Below, piece after piece: positions 63,869-64,000 of a stretch of 64,000 nt of DNA. The stretch is from a virus (taxonomy: Duplodnaviria > Caudoviricetes): the IMG/VR virus record IMGVR_UViG_2931736537_000001, positions 1 to 64,000 of that record. One strand, 5' to 3'. Position 1 is the first letter of the stretch. Every line of letters starts with the position of its first letter. The position numbers were made by a program, and so were the translations under genes. The notes below the pieces were generated by a model. The model saw only the letters and a program-made list of their open reading frames with translations, made no database searches and was not told the DNA's origin.

Positions 63869-64000
63869 ATGGAGCCGATCAACACCCGCGCACCGGCAGA
63901 CGCCGCACGCGCCTACGTTCAACTGGGCTGGCCCGTCGCCCTCGGACACCGATGGCGCCCCCGACAGGGCTGCACCTGCGACAACCCCGCCTGCCCGGCG
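63869..64000 (+). CDS. bifunctional primase/polymerase N-terminus, cut off by the window end
   Basis: AARAYVQLGWPV..G.....GCTCDNPACPA. Confidence 0.65.
   Translation, partial: MEPINTRAPADAARAYVQLGWPVALGHRWRPRQGCTCDNPACPA

Overview
High-GC, Streptomyces-type extrachromosomal element, most likely a large plasmid-prophage (phage-plasmid). It carries a plasmid backbone: an HTH replication initiator, a DciA-like helicase loader, parB and parA, 11 copies of a 19-bp parS-like palindrome, and a Cre-like tyrosine recombinase. Around this are about 70 mostly small, phage-early-type genes: WhiB x2, RusA-like, Sak4-like ATPase, ASCH, DUF5131, DUF1643, DUF4326, NERD, MmcB-like, C5 and truncated N6 methyltransferases, PAPS-reductase-like, NUDIX, an ATP-dependent ligase, ImuB-like and LexA. 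No virion, conjugation, tRNA, rRNA or CRISPR genes were recognised. The strongest signals are non-coding. (1) A loxP-like site lies about 3.2 kb from the Cre-like gene. (2) Seven co-oriented promoters share one operator, and a tandem ribbon-helix-helix gene is the candidate repressor. (3) A second, 17-bp palindromic operator sits at three promoters, one of which appears to drive a structured small RNA. (4) Two unrelated genes share a switch-like 5' leader RNA and a short basic N-terminal motif. Bases 1-132 are probably a sequencing artefact. All family names come from motif recognition by eye, not database searches, and many start codons were re-chosen from RBS context.
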